Shown: in pieces, positions 37,601-48,682 of the stretch
Layout of the letters: the number at the start of each line of letters is the position of its first letter
Numbering within the stretch: position 1 is the first letter of the stretch
DNA from: Marsupella aquatica
Taxonomy: Eukaryota > Plantae > Marchantiophyta
NCBI GenBank assembly: GCA_973895155.1
Contig: OZ316898.1
Location: 7,923,079-7,987,078, forward strand
Reading direction: 5' to 3'
Length of the DNA: 64,000 bases
Translations under genes and position numbers: made by a program
The notes under the pieces: generated by a model
Databases searched by the model: none
Seen by the model: only the letters and a program-made list of their open reading frames with translations
What the model was told of the DNA's origin: nothing

Positions 37601-39886
37601 AGACATCCCCTGCGAACACAATCCTACAAGGCAGATAACAATGGACCAAGACGTACCTGCTGCGTGACACGACCAAGAACATTATCAGGCTGTGAGTAAA
37701 CACCCTTCATTTCATTGAAGACCACCCCTGTAGTGACACGAGAAAGACAACATTAGGGACTGAAGGCTCATCGCTCTCTATCCAGAATGGCATGCATCAT
37801 GGAGTAGAGGCCCTTGTGCCGGATGTTACTATTCGGCTGAACTATGAGGTCAAACCGGCAGTCCACAGGGAATGAGGAAGCAGGCGCTTTTGTACCTTTG
37901 AATGTGATGTCCTCTGATGGGTTGTTCAGTTCATAATGCCAGCCCTCTTGTAAAAACGTGTTTGGATCCTTCAAACAATTAGGAAAGAATACAGCGTCCA
38001 AGTACACATCCACCAAATTATAAAAGTCCTGAACAACAATCAAACCCGAAAACCGATCAGCGTGCTTGAAAATGGGAAGTGCTATTGACAAATCGCCATT
38101 AGACACAGCAAGTTTACCAGTTTTTAGGATGAACTAAGTTCATAATTACCGAGGGATTTGTACAATGTTTGAGGCACGGAAGTGCTTTATGGGCAACAGT
38201 CCCTCCACGGAGATTCAACACAATTAGAACTTGCCTTCAGATTCGTCGAAGCTACTGGATAGCAAGTCCGATCTGGATAAGTGAAGGCGTTCAAGAAGGT
38301 GTGCAAGCTGCCCTTAAGAAGTTCCACAAAGGGCTCTTTCAGTGGATACTTCCTGGACCCACATAAGACACTATGCTCCAAAATGTGTGGAATCCCCGTC
38401 GAATCTTCGCTGCATGAAAGACAAACTCAAAGTTTAATGCTAAAGTACTGTAGTTGCATTCTGTCTAAGGGCACCTGGGGAGTAAAGGATTTGAGCCAAC
38501 CTTCCCAACCGGGAAGTCTAAAAGAGCAAGAGAGAAATTGAGAGAGAAGACTTACGGGGGAGTTCGAAATACTACACCAAAAACCTTATTCTCATCGTCA
38601 TTGGAGACAGACATTATTTCAGCTCCTGTTTTCTTGTGCCGGTACAGCACAGCAGTGGAATCGTACTCATCAATGAATTGCTGGCTCACTTCCTCGAATC
38701 CAAGCTGTGTGACTAGCTCTGGACTTGCCCCTAAGATTCAGAGAATCCACATCGAGAGCGTACGAACAGGTGAGCTGATCGTACAAAACTTCAACCTCGT
38801 ACAGTGCTCTCAATGGCATAAATTGAGAGGTAACAAAACAGAGTAGGGAGGAATAACAGGGAAAGCTACAAGCACGTGGAAACTGAGCTTTATATTTCCC
38901 TCCTCGTTTTCAATTCGTTGTGATTCCTCCAGAGCAAGTGGAGTCCTGAGACTCCTAACGGAATGTGTGGTTTAAGCGACTCCGAATCAAAGGTATGCAG
39001 ATTTCAAACGTTTAATAATTATGAATTTCAAACGTTTAATAATTATGAGGTTCAAAAATTAAAATTTGGAAAGCATCTGAAGAATCCTTTGCAATTAAAG
39101 GGATACGATTTTTCTTGAATTGCTTCATTTTTCGTAACAAACGCTGACTCGTTGGCCAGGGAGCACTCATGAGATGCAGAGCACCTTAAATCCCAATTCA
39201 TGAAGGAAACAATCAACCGATTGAAGAAACCCCTGAATCCTGAAGGGATTCCGTGAATTGCCCCGGTTGGCAAAACCCCGTCGCATGGGACATTTACGCG
39301 ACGAAGCATCCTTACCGAGTTTCGGAGCCGAGGGTGTGGCAAGAACAGCCTGAGGGGTGGCAGCCGCCGAGAGGCCTCTGCTGGAGACGAGAGAATCCGA
39401 GCCCCGTCTCTGCACTTTGAGTCCCGCACCAACGCACCATCGCGAACCCCTGCAGATGTCACTGCCGCTGTTCTTGCTTAAACCCTTCAACGCCATCTGA
39501 CCCTCCACAATCCTTCCAGTCGAGGAGGAAGAAGCACAAACAGCCCGCGTGTGGCCAGAGGCAGGACCGGAGATCACGTCCATCGTAGCCAGCTGCTGTA
39601 TGCGGTGAGGCAGCGCTCGAGCTTGGGCTAACGATGATCCGTAGGGACGCATTGCTGCTGCAAATGCGAATGCCCCTCTAGTTAAAATCGCTGCCAGTTC
39701 TTTGCTGGTACTGCTCCTGGTCCTGCTGCTACTATTGCTACTGCTGTGGTGTAATTCTCGAGACGACGACGAAGTCCGTGCGCAGACGCGAGGATAGGTT
39801 CGGACTCGCTTTAATAATGGAGCATGCGAAAAAAACAGTGGCAGCAAGTCCAACGAGGATCCTACAGAAGATCTCCAGAGTAGCAT
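31656..39886 (-). CDS. PreP: Presequence protease (pitrilysin/M16C metallopeptidase), 19 exons, about 1175 aa from the first ATG. Exons: 39886-39316, 38730-38556, 38409-38235, 38028-37896, 37727-37657, 37491-37408, 37052-36962, 36631-36111, 35881-35717, 35587-35369, 35167-35040, 34544-34355, 34122-34039, 33897-33800, 33431-33167, 33018-32856, 32409-32229, 32098-32027, 31797-31656
   Basis: Inverted zinc motif HILEH in GIPHILEHSVLCGSRKYP, plus FLNAFTYPDRTCYPVAS, GVVFNEMKG, FYHPSN, RVSGGAYGG and SYRDPN. All exon phases are consistent (3528 nt). The start ATG is uncertain (39886, 39652 or 39583). Confidence 0.93.
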
Positions 39887-40290
39887 CAAACCTGGTAATA
39901 AAAGATGGCTGCGACTCCTGCGAGACCAAAACTGCCCCAGAATGGTTTGACCGCTTGCCTTGCGTGGGCTTGTTGTTTGCTTGAGTCCTCTAGCTTCCTT
40001 GCTTGCTTGGCCAGGATTGATTCCGCCCGCCTACAGTCGAAGGGACGGGCAGGGGAGAGATGAGGATCATTAGCGGCTGGCTATGGATCTATGGTGGCGT
40101 AAGACGCGACGTAAACTTTATTAGAAAGGGAGGAAAGCGGCGAGAGCGAGGCACAGAGTGTGATGAGTCGGAGCTGCGCAGAGGTCCAGAGAGGAGGAGG
40201 AAGAAAAGGAAGAAGAGGGAGGAAGATGGAGGATGGCACACGCTTCACCACTCATCGTCGTGCTCGCTCGGCCCTCCATCTCCTTCCCCT

Positions 40291-40700
40291 TGCTTTCGTT
40301 TCCTTTCCTCTCTTTTCCTCGCTGTCTTATTTCACAGCCTCTTGTGATACTTCCTCCCTAAACCCTCCCTCCCTGGCTCCCTCCCTTTCCTCTCTGTCCT
40401 ATTTGATAGCCTCTTGCGATAGAATAGTGCCCTTTTAATTTGTGCCTTCACTTGTCAATCCCCTGTGTTTTTGGGTCAAAAGTGCGTCCTCTTGCTTTCG
40501 TTTCCTTTCCTCTCTTTTCCTCGCTGTCTTATTTCACAGCCTCTTGTGATACTCCCTCCCTAAACCCTCCCTCCCTCCCGCCGTGCCTCCCTTCCTTTCC
40601 TCTCCGTCCTATTTGATAGCCTCTTGCGATAGAATAATGCCATTTTAATTTGTGCCTTTACTTGTCATTTTCCTGAGTTTTTGGGTCAAAAGTGCGTGAT
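40291..40700. repeat. About 202-bp pyrimidine-rich tandem duplication upstream of PreP
   Basis: tgctttcgtttcctttcctctcttttcctcgctgtcttatttcacagcctcttgtgatac at 40291 and 40493, with downstream blocks also repeated. Confidence 0.85.
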
Positions 40701-40899
40701 ACTTGACATTCCCCTGTGTTTTTGGGTCAATAGCGCGTCTCAAAATAGGATTGACTTATGAACTACTGTAGGACATAATATTGTTTTTATGGCCAGGATA
40801 AATATATTCTGGGCTGCTTAAATATGTTGTGTTTTTTGGGTCAAAAGTTGACATGTCTAATGCATATGTGCAGGCCTCTAATGGGGTGGGCTAGCTCCT

Positions 40900-42560
40900 A
40901 ATTGATGCTAAGGTGGTGTATATTCCTTCATTGATAATTGTGCTGAAATGAATGACTGATATTGCGGCTCTATATTAATACCCTTTTGTGAAAAGTAACA
41001 AATAGCTCAAATTGGAAGGCAATTGCATTATCTAAATCTAATAGTGGTGGTCATTTCTATGATCTTGAGTTAGATCAAATGAATACTATTATTGTTTTGT
41101 GCATAGATTGCTTGATGTGGAGATTTATATGACTCAACTCCAAATTTTATTGAGAAGAAGACTAGACACTTGGTGTATCAACTCTTGTGCTCCTTGTATG
41201 GTTTGAAATAGAATCTTAAGCAATGGAATAAACATTTTTATTCCATATCTTCATATTGTCCAATTGGTTCACCAAAAGTGAACATGATGTTGTATAATTT
41301 ACATGAATGAGGTGGAACATTCCCGGGAACATTACTCATTCTTGGATTATATTGTGTTGACACTATAAGTGGATGACATGTTGATCCTGGCTGACACAAT
41401 TATGGTTATGTCAAAGACAGTATTTGGATAAGGTACTTTCCAAGTATGGGATCATGGAGAATGCCAAACCAATTGGTACTCCATTGGCTTCCCACTTCAA
41501 ACTCTCCAATAATGATTGCCCTTCTATTGAGAATAATAGACTTATGATTAAATCAATTCCTTATGATAGTGTTGTGGGTAGTTTGATGTATACAATGACA
41601 ATCACTAGACTAGACCTGACATTAAGCACAATGTTAACATTTTGATCAAATTTATGGCAAACTCTGGTAAACTTCACTGGGAAGCAATGAAGTGGGTTTT
41701 GCACTATCTGAAAGAAACCTTGGATTGTGTGATTTTGTTTGATGATAAAATATACTATACTCTAGAGTTAGGAAGTTATGTAGGTTTAGATTAATTATGT
41801 TGGTAAATTGGATATCAAGAAATATACTATAGGCTATGTGTTTATGCTAGGTGGAGGTTGTGTCAACTAGAAGTCTGCAACTCAGTCCTATGTTGCCTTG
41901 TTTAATATTGAAACTGAGTGAATGGCTTTCTATGAGGCAACCAAGGACCTGATTTGACTATGAAGGTTGATGAGTGATCTAGGTCTTTCACTTGAAAGAC
42001 CAATGCTATTGTGTGACAATGCATTGCATCTAGCTAAGAACCTTGTGTTTCCACTCCAAACAAAGGACATTGACATTCATTATCACTTCATCCATGAGAC
42101 AATTGAGACAAAGCAAATGTTTCTAGAGAATGAGGCTTCATAGGCAAACCGGGATTGGAGGAGAATGCAATAGGCATGTTTATCAAAGTGTTATCTACCT
42201 GTAGTTTGACACATTGCAAAGATATGATCGGGGATATGATTAATGTTATGGCCAAATTGAGACTATGTAGATATGTCACTTAGTTATATATTGTGCATCA
42301 CCACACTCATTGTGTGAAATGGAAGGGGAAATAGAGTCGAGGTGGAGATTATTAAGAAACATGTACTCTCACATGCTATGAATCCTTTAGAAATTTTTTC
42401 ACTCATGGTGTCTTGTCGGTGTAATGTAAGGTCGTGTGTACTCTCATGTTTTTGCATATGTTGTTTATCTAGTTTTGGCCAAGGGTTTCTTAAAAAGAGC
42501 TCCTAGGTTAGTTTTGTGGATGAAAGGTGCATTCATCGCTCTATTGGAACCTTTGATCTG
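40900..42560 (+). mobile_element. Decayed Ty1/copia retrotransposon: RT-RNase H remnant, polypurine tract and start of the 3' LTR
   Basis: Stop- and frameshift-riddled motifs LYGLK*, VDDMLI, PYDSVVGSLMY, HWEAMKWVLHYLK, GYVFMLGGG, LLCDN and TKDIDIHYHF. PPT-like gaggtggagat at ~42339. Confidence 0.85.
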
Positions 42561-42584
42561 CTCATTAATGTGTGAATGACACTC

Positions 42585-43928
42585 GGGGGGTTAACTAAGT
42601 GTATATTTTGGGATACCACGTGTGTGCCTAGCCTAATATAAATAAAGTTATTTTATAAAGAAAATATTCTAAGAATATTCGTTATTTTCAATATTAATAA
42701 CTTATTTTACTCTATAAAATATATATATTAAAGAATATTCTATAAGCGTGAGTTTATAATACCTTCTTTTGTCTTCTATACTTTTGACAAATTTTAGTTA
42801 ATTTTTTATCAAAATTCATATTTTGGATTGGTTCCTAAAAGTTTTGATAGTCAATCCCCTGAGGAATGACACCTACTCTGGCTTTGACCATAATATTTTG
42901 GTAATTGATGCTAATGTCTTTCCATCGCATGGTTGACCCTTTGTCAGACACATGACATTGGTAATGAACTTGTGGAAGTATTTGATTTAGTCCTTAGTTG
43001 ATATGGTGTCAAAGATCGGGGTTGTCAGAGAAAATTTCAGTTGATTATCAATGTGCAGCTGCAAGATGTGAAACAATGATCTTGGCAATGGTACTCAACT
43101 CAAGGTTGAGATCCTATGAAGAGCTTGTCTGCATCCATCACCCAGTATTGGATACATCTACGATGAACATCTTAACGAAAGCCAAATTCACATCAAAGAA
43201 TACAAAAGAAAGATAAAAGAGCTTGGAGAAAAGCGTGAGAAACAAGTGTGTTCCCAACTATGGTGGTTGTATGCAAAATTATCTTTGACCTTCTTCCATG
43301 AAAGCTAGAAAACAGACTGGAAAAGGTGCATGGAGACCTTGATTTGTCCTAAAAAATCCTCAAGGAAAACAAGGACCTCTCTAATCTATGGCAAGAAAGA
43401 GGTCCAAAGCCACTCATCTCTACAATTGTTGATAAAAATGACCAAAAGTATGTGCCCATAGAAAACCAGACTTGAAGATCATTAAAGCAACTCAAGATCT
43501 TTAGAGCCCTTGTACAATACTACTTCATGGTGGAGCAAGTAAAGGAAAGTCAACCTTTGCTAAAAATATGAGCAATACCCAAAATCTGGGAGAAATAACA
43601 ATGTTTTCAATTATGTGATTGTGGTGTTGTGTGAAAATACTTCAATATCTGATAGTATAGTTTGGAGCATGTGTCTTCCAATGGTTTGATTGAGTAAAGT
43701 AGTTCAAAATATGGGAAAAAAGATGACTGAAAGGCTAGAATAGCAAAAGCTCTCAAAACCTTATTGTTTGGTAAGAAAATTTTGATGATCTTTGATGGTG
43801 TTTAAGACAATCAAACCTTTCATATCAAAAATAAAAATATTTTAGAACATTTTCTCTATAAAAGAGGTTATTTGTATTAAGATAGGATCGCACATGATAT
43901 CCCAAAATATACAAAAAATTAAACCTCC
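42585..43928. mobile_element. Degenerate TIR DNA element (possibly MULE-like), about 1.35 kb
   Basis: About 95-bp imperfect inverted termini: ggggggttaactaagtgtatattttgggatac...gaaaatattctaagaatatt versus the reverse complement of the right end, ggaggtttaattttttgtatattttgggatat...gaaaatgttctaaaatatt. No clear TSD and no intact ORF. Confidence 0.6.
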
Positions 43929-44869
43929 AATAATCATATACACCATAAGTTTTTTATGCATAAATTGTTGGAATAAGCATAATACACTAACCATGGTCGT
44001 TAATTTAATGTTGATCATATCTGAAAGAACAAACTAAAGTATTGAAAATGGCATTGAAGGAAAATATTGAACTATATTTCAGGCAATAGTAAGACTATTT
44101 TGACTGCAAACGCTACATAATTTAAACAAATATTAATTTGAGTTATTAGAATCATTGTCATCTTGAATTATCAGATGATTAAACATAGACTGCAATATTT
44201 TTCATGAAATATACCAAAATTTTAGCTTCAATAGCTTTCAATTGTAGCATTAACCAGAAACTTTTTTCATAGCAAAAATCTATTCTTGTTCTCTCTCTAT
44301 ATATTTTTGTTGATTTTCAGTTAAATCAAATACTACCAAAAAAATTGTAGGGATGTTTATCTAGCCTTAAACAAGCTAATCAAGCCAATTTGTGCACAGC
44401 GAATTTTAAATTTGGTCTTTCAAAAATGTTATCCTAACAGCATGATCCATCTAGGCACCTTTACAATTCTCCCTATATGATGAGATACACAAGCATTGAG
44501 AACCTGCATAAATCATGTTTTGCCGATAAAAAATAAGATGATCTTTTCTTCTCCATATTCTCCTAAGAAAAATCAAAATCTTAGTTGATGTGATTTTGAA
44601 GAGAGATTTGCTTGGTGGGACCTCAAATGAAAGTTGTCCACTTAACCAGTCCCCAAAAGCCCAAAATGATTCGGTGGGACCTCAAAACGTAGGTTGAAGC
44701 GGGTTTAGTAAGAATTTTGTATGGGCCCGATGGTGGCTTGGAAGGCTTGGAAACCCTTCTTCCCAATATGGGGCTTGGGAACCCTTCTCCCCAACAACGC
44801 ATCTACTATTTGTGTAGTCCACTATTCTGTGTATTGCTTCTCTTTGTAGCATCTACTCGAACGCCGCAT

Positions 44870-45780
44870 GTAGCCCTTAGCAGAATGTCATGGAAAAATT
44901 ACTCAACATTGAACAGGACCTTGAACTTTGCCAATCGATCCTCAATCTTGTTGCAACATTTATCACTGCACATCCTAAAACCCAGAACATATATTGACCA
45001 AGGTACCAGTCTGAACATCCTCTGCAGCACTCTCGATGATCATCGATCCCCTCCTCTCTGTGCAGCGCAACTTGACCCCCAAAATCCACCACAATGTATG
45101 AACATTGGGTTCAATAGCACCTAACATTTTGCTTGGAAACTCCTCAGCCTTGCCTCTCGTGAGCGTTGCAATGTGGTCCAAATGGGTATACAAGAAGTTG
45201 TTCTTGCCCTCATGCCAACGTCAATTTTTGTTGTTCTCAATTGAGTAAGGTGTCTGACATTTGCAGGGCCCGACAATTTCTTACTAAACCCGCTCCAACA
45301 TCGGTTTGAGGCCCCACCAGGTCATTTTGGACTTTTGAGGACTAGTTAAGTCGACAGCTTTCAAGTGAGGCCCCACCAAGCAAATATCTTGATTTTGAAT
45401 GGAAAGATCTTCCCTAGAGGCTCTAACATCGAGCGACAACACCAATGAGGGTGAAAAAATGCCCACCACGGGGTAACCCAGACAAAAACCAAATGAAGTG
45501 ATGAAAAACTTGCAGGAATGGGAGGAGACAAAGAGCTGGCAGCCTCCAATCACCCATTTATGATAAAAAAAATGGTGTCAAACACAACCAAAGATGGCCC
45601 AGAATGGTGCCAAAGCATACCACCTACAAACATCCTTGTGTGGCCCGGCCCCATAGTCACCAAAGGGCCAGGCATGACCGTGGACAGGAGCAGGTCAAAG
45701 AAGCCCAAACCAGCACACGCACCCTCCACACAAGGTAGCATCCTTATAATTGCACATCAAAAAGTAACAAACTATGGTGT
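44870..45780 (-). mobile_element. Possible decayed LINE (L1-type) 3' ORF2 remnant
   Basis: The peptide GKIFPFKIKIFAW resembles the zf-RVT PxKxKxFxW signature; the rest is too degraded to confirm. Confidence 0.3.
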
Positions 45781-46579
45781 ATTCAAAATAATACTCACAG
45801 ATTTAAATAAATAAATTTGATACATCATGATGTTAATTGTCACATTTTGATATGCAATTACCAGGACTCCATCGGGTGGAGGGCATGCATAGTCAGGAAT
45901 AGGACGCCAAACTGGGACCCGTCAGGCGGGAGTTAGGCCCAACAGCCCGGGTATAGGCCTAAGAGCTAACTCACATGTCATCAGCCCTTTGGATTTCTGG
46001 TCCTTATCATTCTTGAAGATGCTAGCGGAAAGCAAATTGCGCTTGTCCAGAAAGTTTGTAAATGCTATGTGTGTACTGCTCACTCATTTGCAACTAAAGA
46101 TTATACAAGGCACTTCACCGAGTTGTTACTCTTGGCTACAAAATGTCGCGTTTGTGTTTTGTTTTATTGTGCAGTTTGAGGTTGAGACTTGAAAGGGCCA
46201 TAAAGTTTCTAGCCCTTGCCATTGAAAATGTAAAATTTTTGCATTCATGCCTGGCACATGAGGGGGTTCAGGCCAGTTTCTCTCCCTCAGTCATATGGTG
46301 GCATGCGTGAGGTTGAGGGCCACATTGTGAAGGGCCGCTCACATGTGAGTTGACCCTAAGGGCCGTCTTGCATGTAGACAGTCCTAAAAAAATGGCCCTT
46401 ACCACTCCCTAAATTGTATGATCTAAATTTCATTGTCCCACTATGTGTGAGATGCACAATTCTTTTCCTTGTCTCTATTGTTTTTTTTTTGTTTGCCATT
46501 TCTTGAGTGTGTTGTCTAATCTATTCTAATTTTAAAATCTTGGACCTCAAGGACCCTTGCCCTTGGTTCTCCACTTTGT

Positions 46580-48480
46580 ATGCCATAAGACCTATGTGAA
46601 GAGTAGGTTCTCCCACAAATTTCTCAGTCAATATGTTAGTGTTATCTGTGGAGGTGAAGAGGAAAACTAAGGACCTCACACATGTAAGACAAGACCGCTA
46701 TAAACCCTAACCTCTTCCCTCCTTATCGCCTCCCCTCTCCTTAGTAAAGCTGCCCTTGCTCTTGGTTCTCCATCTTGTATGCAATAAGACCTGCCTGAAG
46801 GTTCCTCCACAAAATTCTCAATGTCATCTCTAGAGTTGAGGAGTGTTAAGTATTTACTCAAGGTCTAGGGTTATGACATGTAACCGTAATTAGACTAACC
46901 GTAGTCGAAGACATGGTTAGGTTAACTAGGATGCACACTATATGCCAAGCGGTGTTTGCTTAGATAAGTGGAACTTCGGCTCATTGTTATGGAGCCACTT
47001 GAGAGATGAGGAGAGCTTACATTGTGGAGATTTGATATAGCCAACGGGCTTAGAGTTGGACGTAGCCTCGAGGAGGTGAACCACGTATCTCTTGTGTCGA
47101 CTACTTGTGCGTTGGATGTGTCATTTGCTTACCGTTGCGATTATCGTCTATGCTCAACAAGGAGGAATACTAAGGACCTCATACATGCATGGTTCTTCAT
47201 TTTGTATGCAATCAGACCTGCCTGAAGGTTCCTCATAAAATTTTCACTGTCATCTTTGGAGGTGAGGAGGAAAACTAAAGACCTTACAGATGCAAGACTG
47301 CTCTAATCCCTAGGCAAACTAAGAACTTCACACATAGAAGACAAGACAAGAGAGGCTCTAAACCCTAAACGCTTCCCTCTGTTTCACCTCCCCTCTCCTC
47401 GATAAATTAGATCCTCTTGTAAAGGGCAAACAAAGTTCTACTAAGAGGATAACTAAGGACCTCACACATGCAAGACAACTCTAAACCCTAAGAAAACTAA
47501 GAACTTCACACATGTACCACAAGACAGCTCTAAACCCTAAACCCTTCCCTTCGAATCGCCTGCCCTCTCCTGGGTAAACTAGATACTCTTGAAAAGGGGC
47601 AAATAAAGTTCAACGAAGAGGAAAACTAAGGACCTCATACATGCAAGACAACTTAAAACCCTAGGAAAACTATCAAGCTCACACATGCAAGACAAGACAA
47701 GACAACTTTAAACCCTAAACCCTTCCCTCCTCGCCTCCCCTCTCCTTGATAAACTAGATCCTCTCGAAAATGGGCAAACAAAGTTCAACAAAGTAGAAAA
47801 TTAAGGACCTCACACATGAAAGACAACTCTAAACCCTAGGGAAGCTATGAAACTCACACATGCAAGACAAGACAACTCCAAACCCTAAACCCTTCCCTCC
47901 GTATCGCCTCCCCTCTCCTTGGTAAACTAGATACTCTCGAAAAGGGGCAAACAAAGTTCAACGAAGAGGAATACTAAGGACTTCGTACACGAAAGACAAC
48001 TCAAAATCCTAGGAAAACTAACAAGCTCACACATGCATCACATGAGAGCTCTAAACCCTTCCCTCCATATCACCTCCCCTCTCCTTCCTTGGTAAACTAG
48101 ATCCTCTTGAAAAGGGGGAAACAAAGTTCAATGAAGAGAAAAAATAAGGACCTGGTACATGCAAGACAACTCAAAACCCTAGTAAAACTAACAAGCTCAC
48201 ACATGCAAGACAAGACAAAAAGACAAGACAGCTCCAAACCCTAAACCCTTCTTCCCTGCTTATGGCCTCCCCTCTCCTGAGTGAACTTGCTAATCCTCTA
48301 GAAAAATTATATATTACAAACTGCAAAAAGACAAGGGGCACCCAACCGGGAGACATGATCCTCAGGCAAAAACCCCAATCAAGGGAAAAAACCAGAGGGC
48401 CAAGAAAGGTCTAGAAAAGGGGAAAACAAAGCTGAAGGAAGGGAAACTAGATCCTCTCGAGAAAGGGCACACAAAGTACA
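46580..48480. repeat. About 173-bp satellite-like tandem array rich in AAACCCTA (telo-box / plant telomere unit)
   Basis: Unit starts (gaggaaaactaaggacctcacacatgcaagac-like) at about 47445, 47618, 47793, 47966 and 48136; about ten AAACCCTA copies in total. Confidence 0.85.
46844..47159 (+). mobile_element. Solo LTR (316 bp) inserted in the satellite
   Basis: TGTT...AACA termini and a perfect 5-bp TSD AGGAG (46839-46843 and 47160-47164). Removing it restores the satellite unit. Confidence 0.85.
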
Positions 48481-48682
48481 AAGGGAGGGAACGTAAACGA
48501 GATCCAGAGTGGAGAATCATGAATCTTCAAGTGAGCACTCAGCAGTGTGGAAGAATTGCAAGAGCGGGTCGATGAACTCACTTTCTTAGGGTTCACGAGA
48601 TTGCTCAAGAACGCTGCCTAAGAGAGAGGCGATCAGGCAGGAACAACAGGGTTGCGACGACGGAGGTAGGCAGTGAACGAAC

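Noticed and set aside
46580-48480. True telomere or interstitial telomeric tract
   Set aside because: At most two consecutive AAACCCT units, embedded in a longer satellite monomer.
48519-48682. Upstream ATGs as a mitochondrial presequence for ThrRS
   Set aside because: They are out of frame, and an in-frame TGA lies at 48674-48676. A spliced extension cannot be fully excluded.
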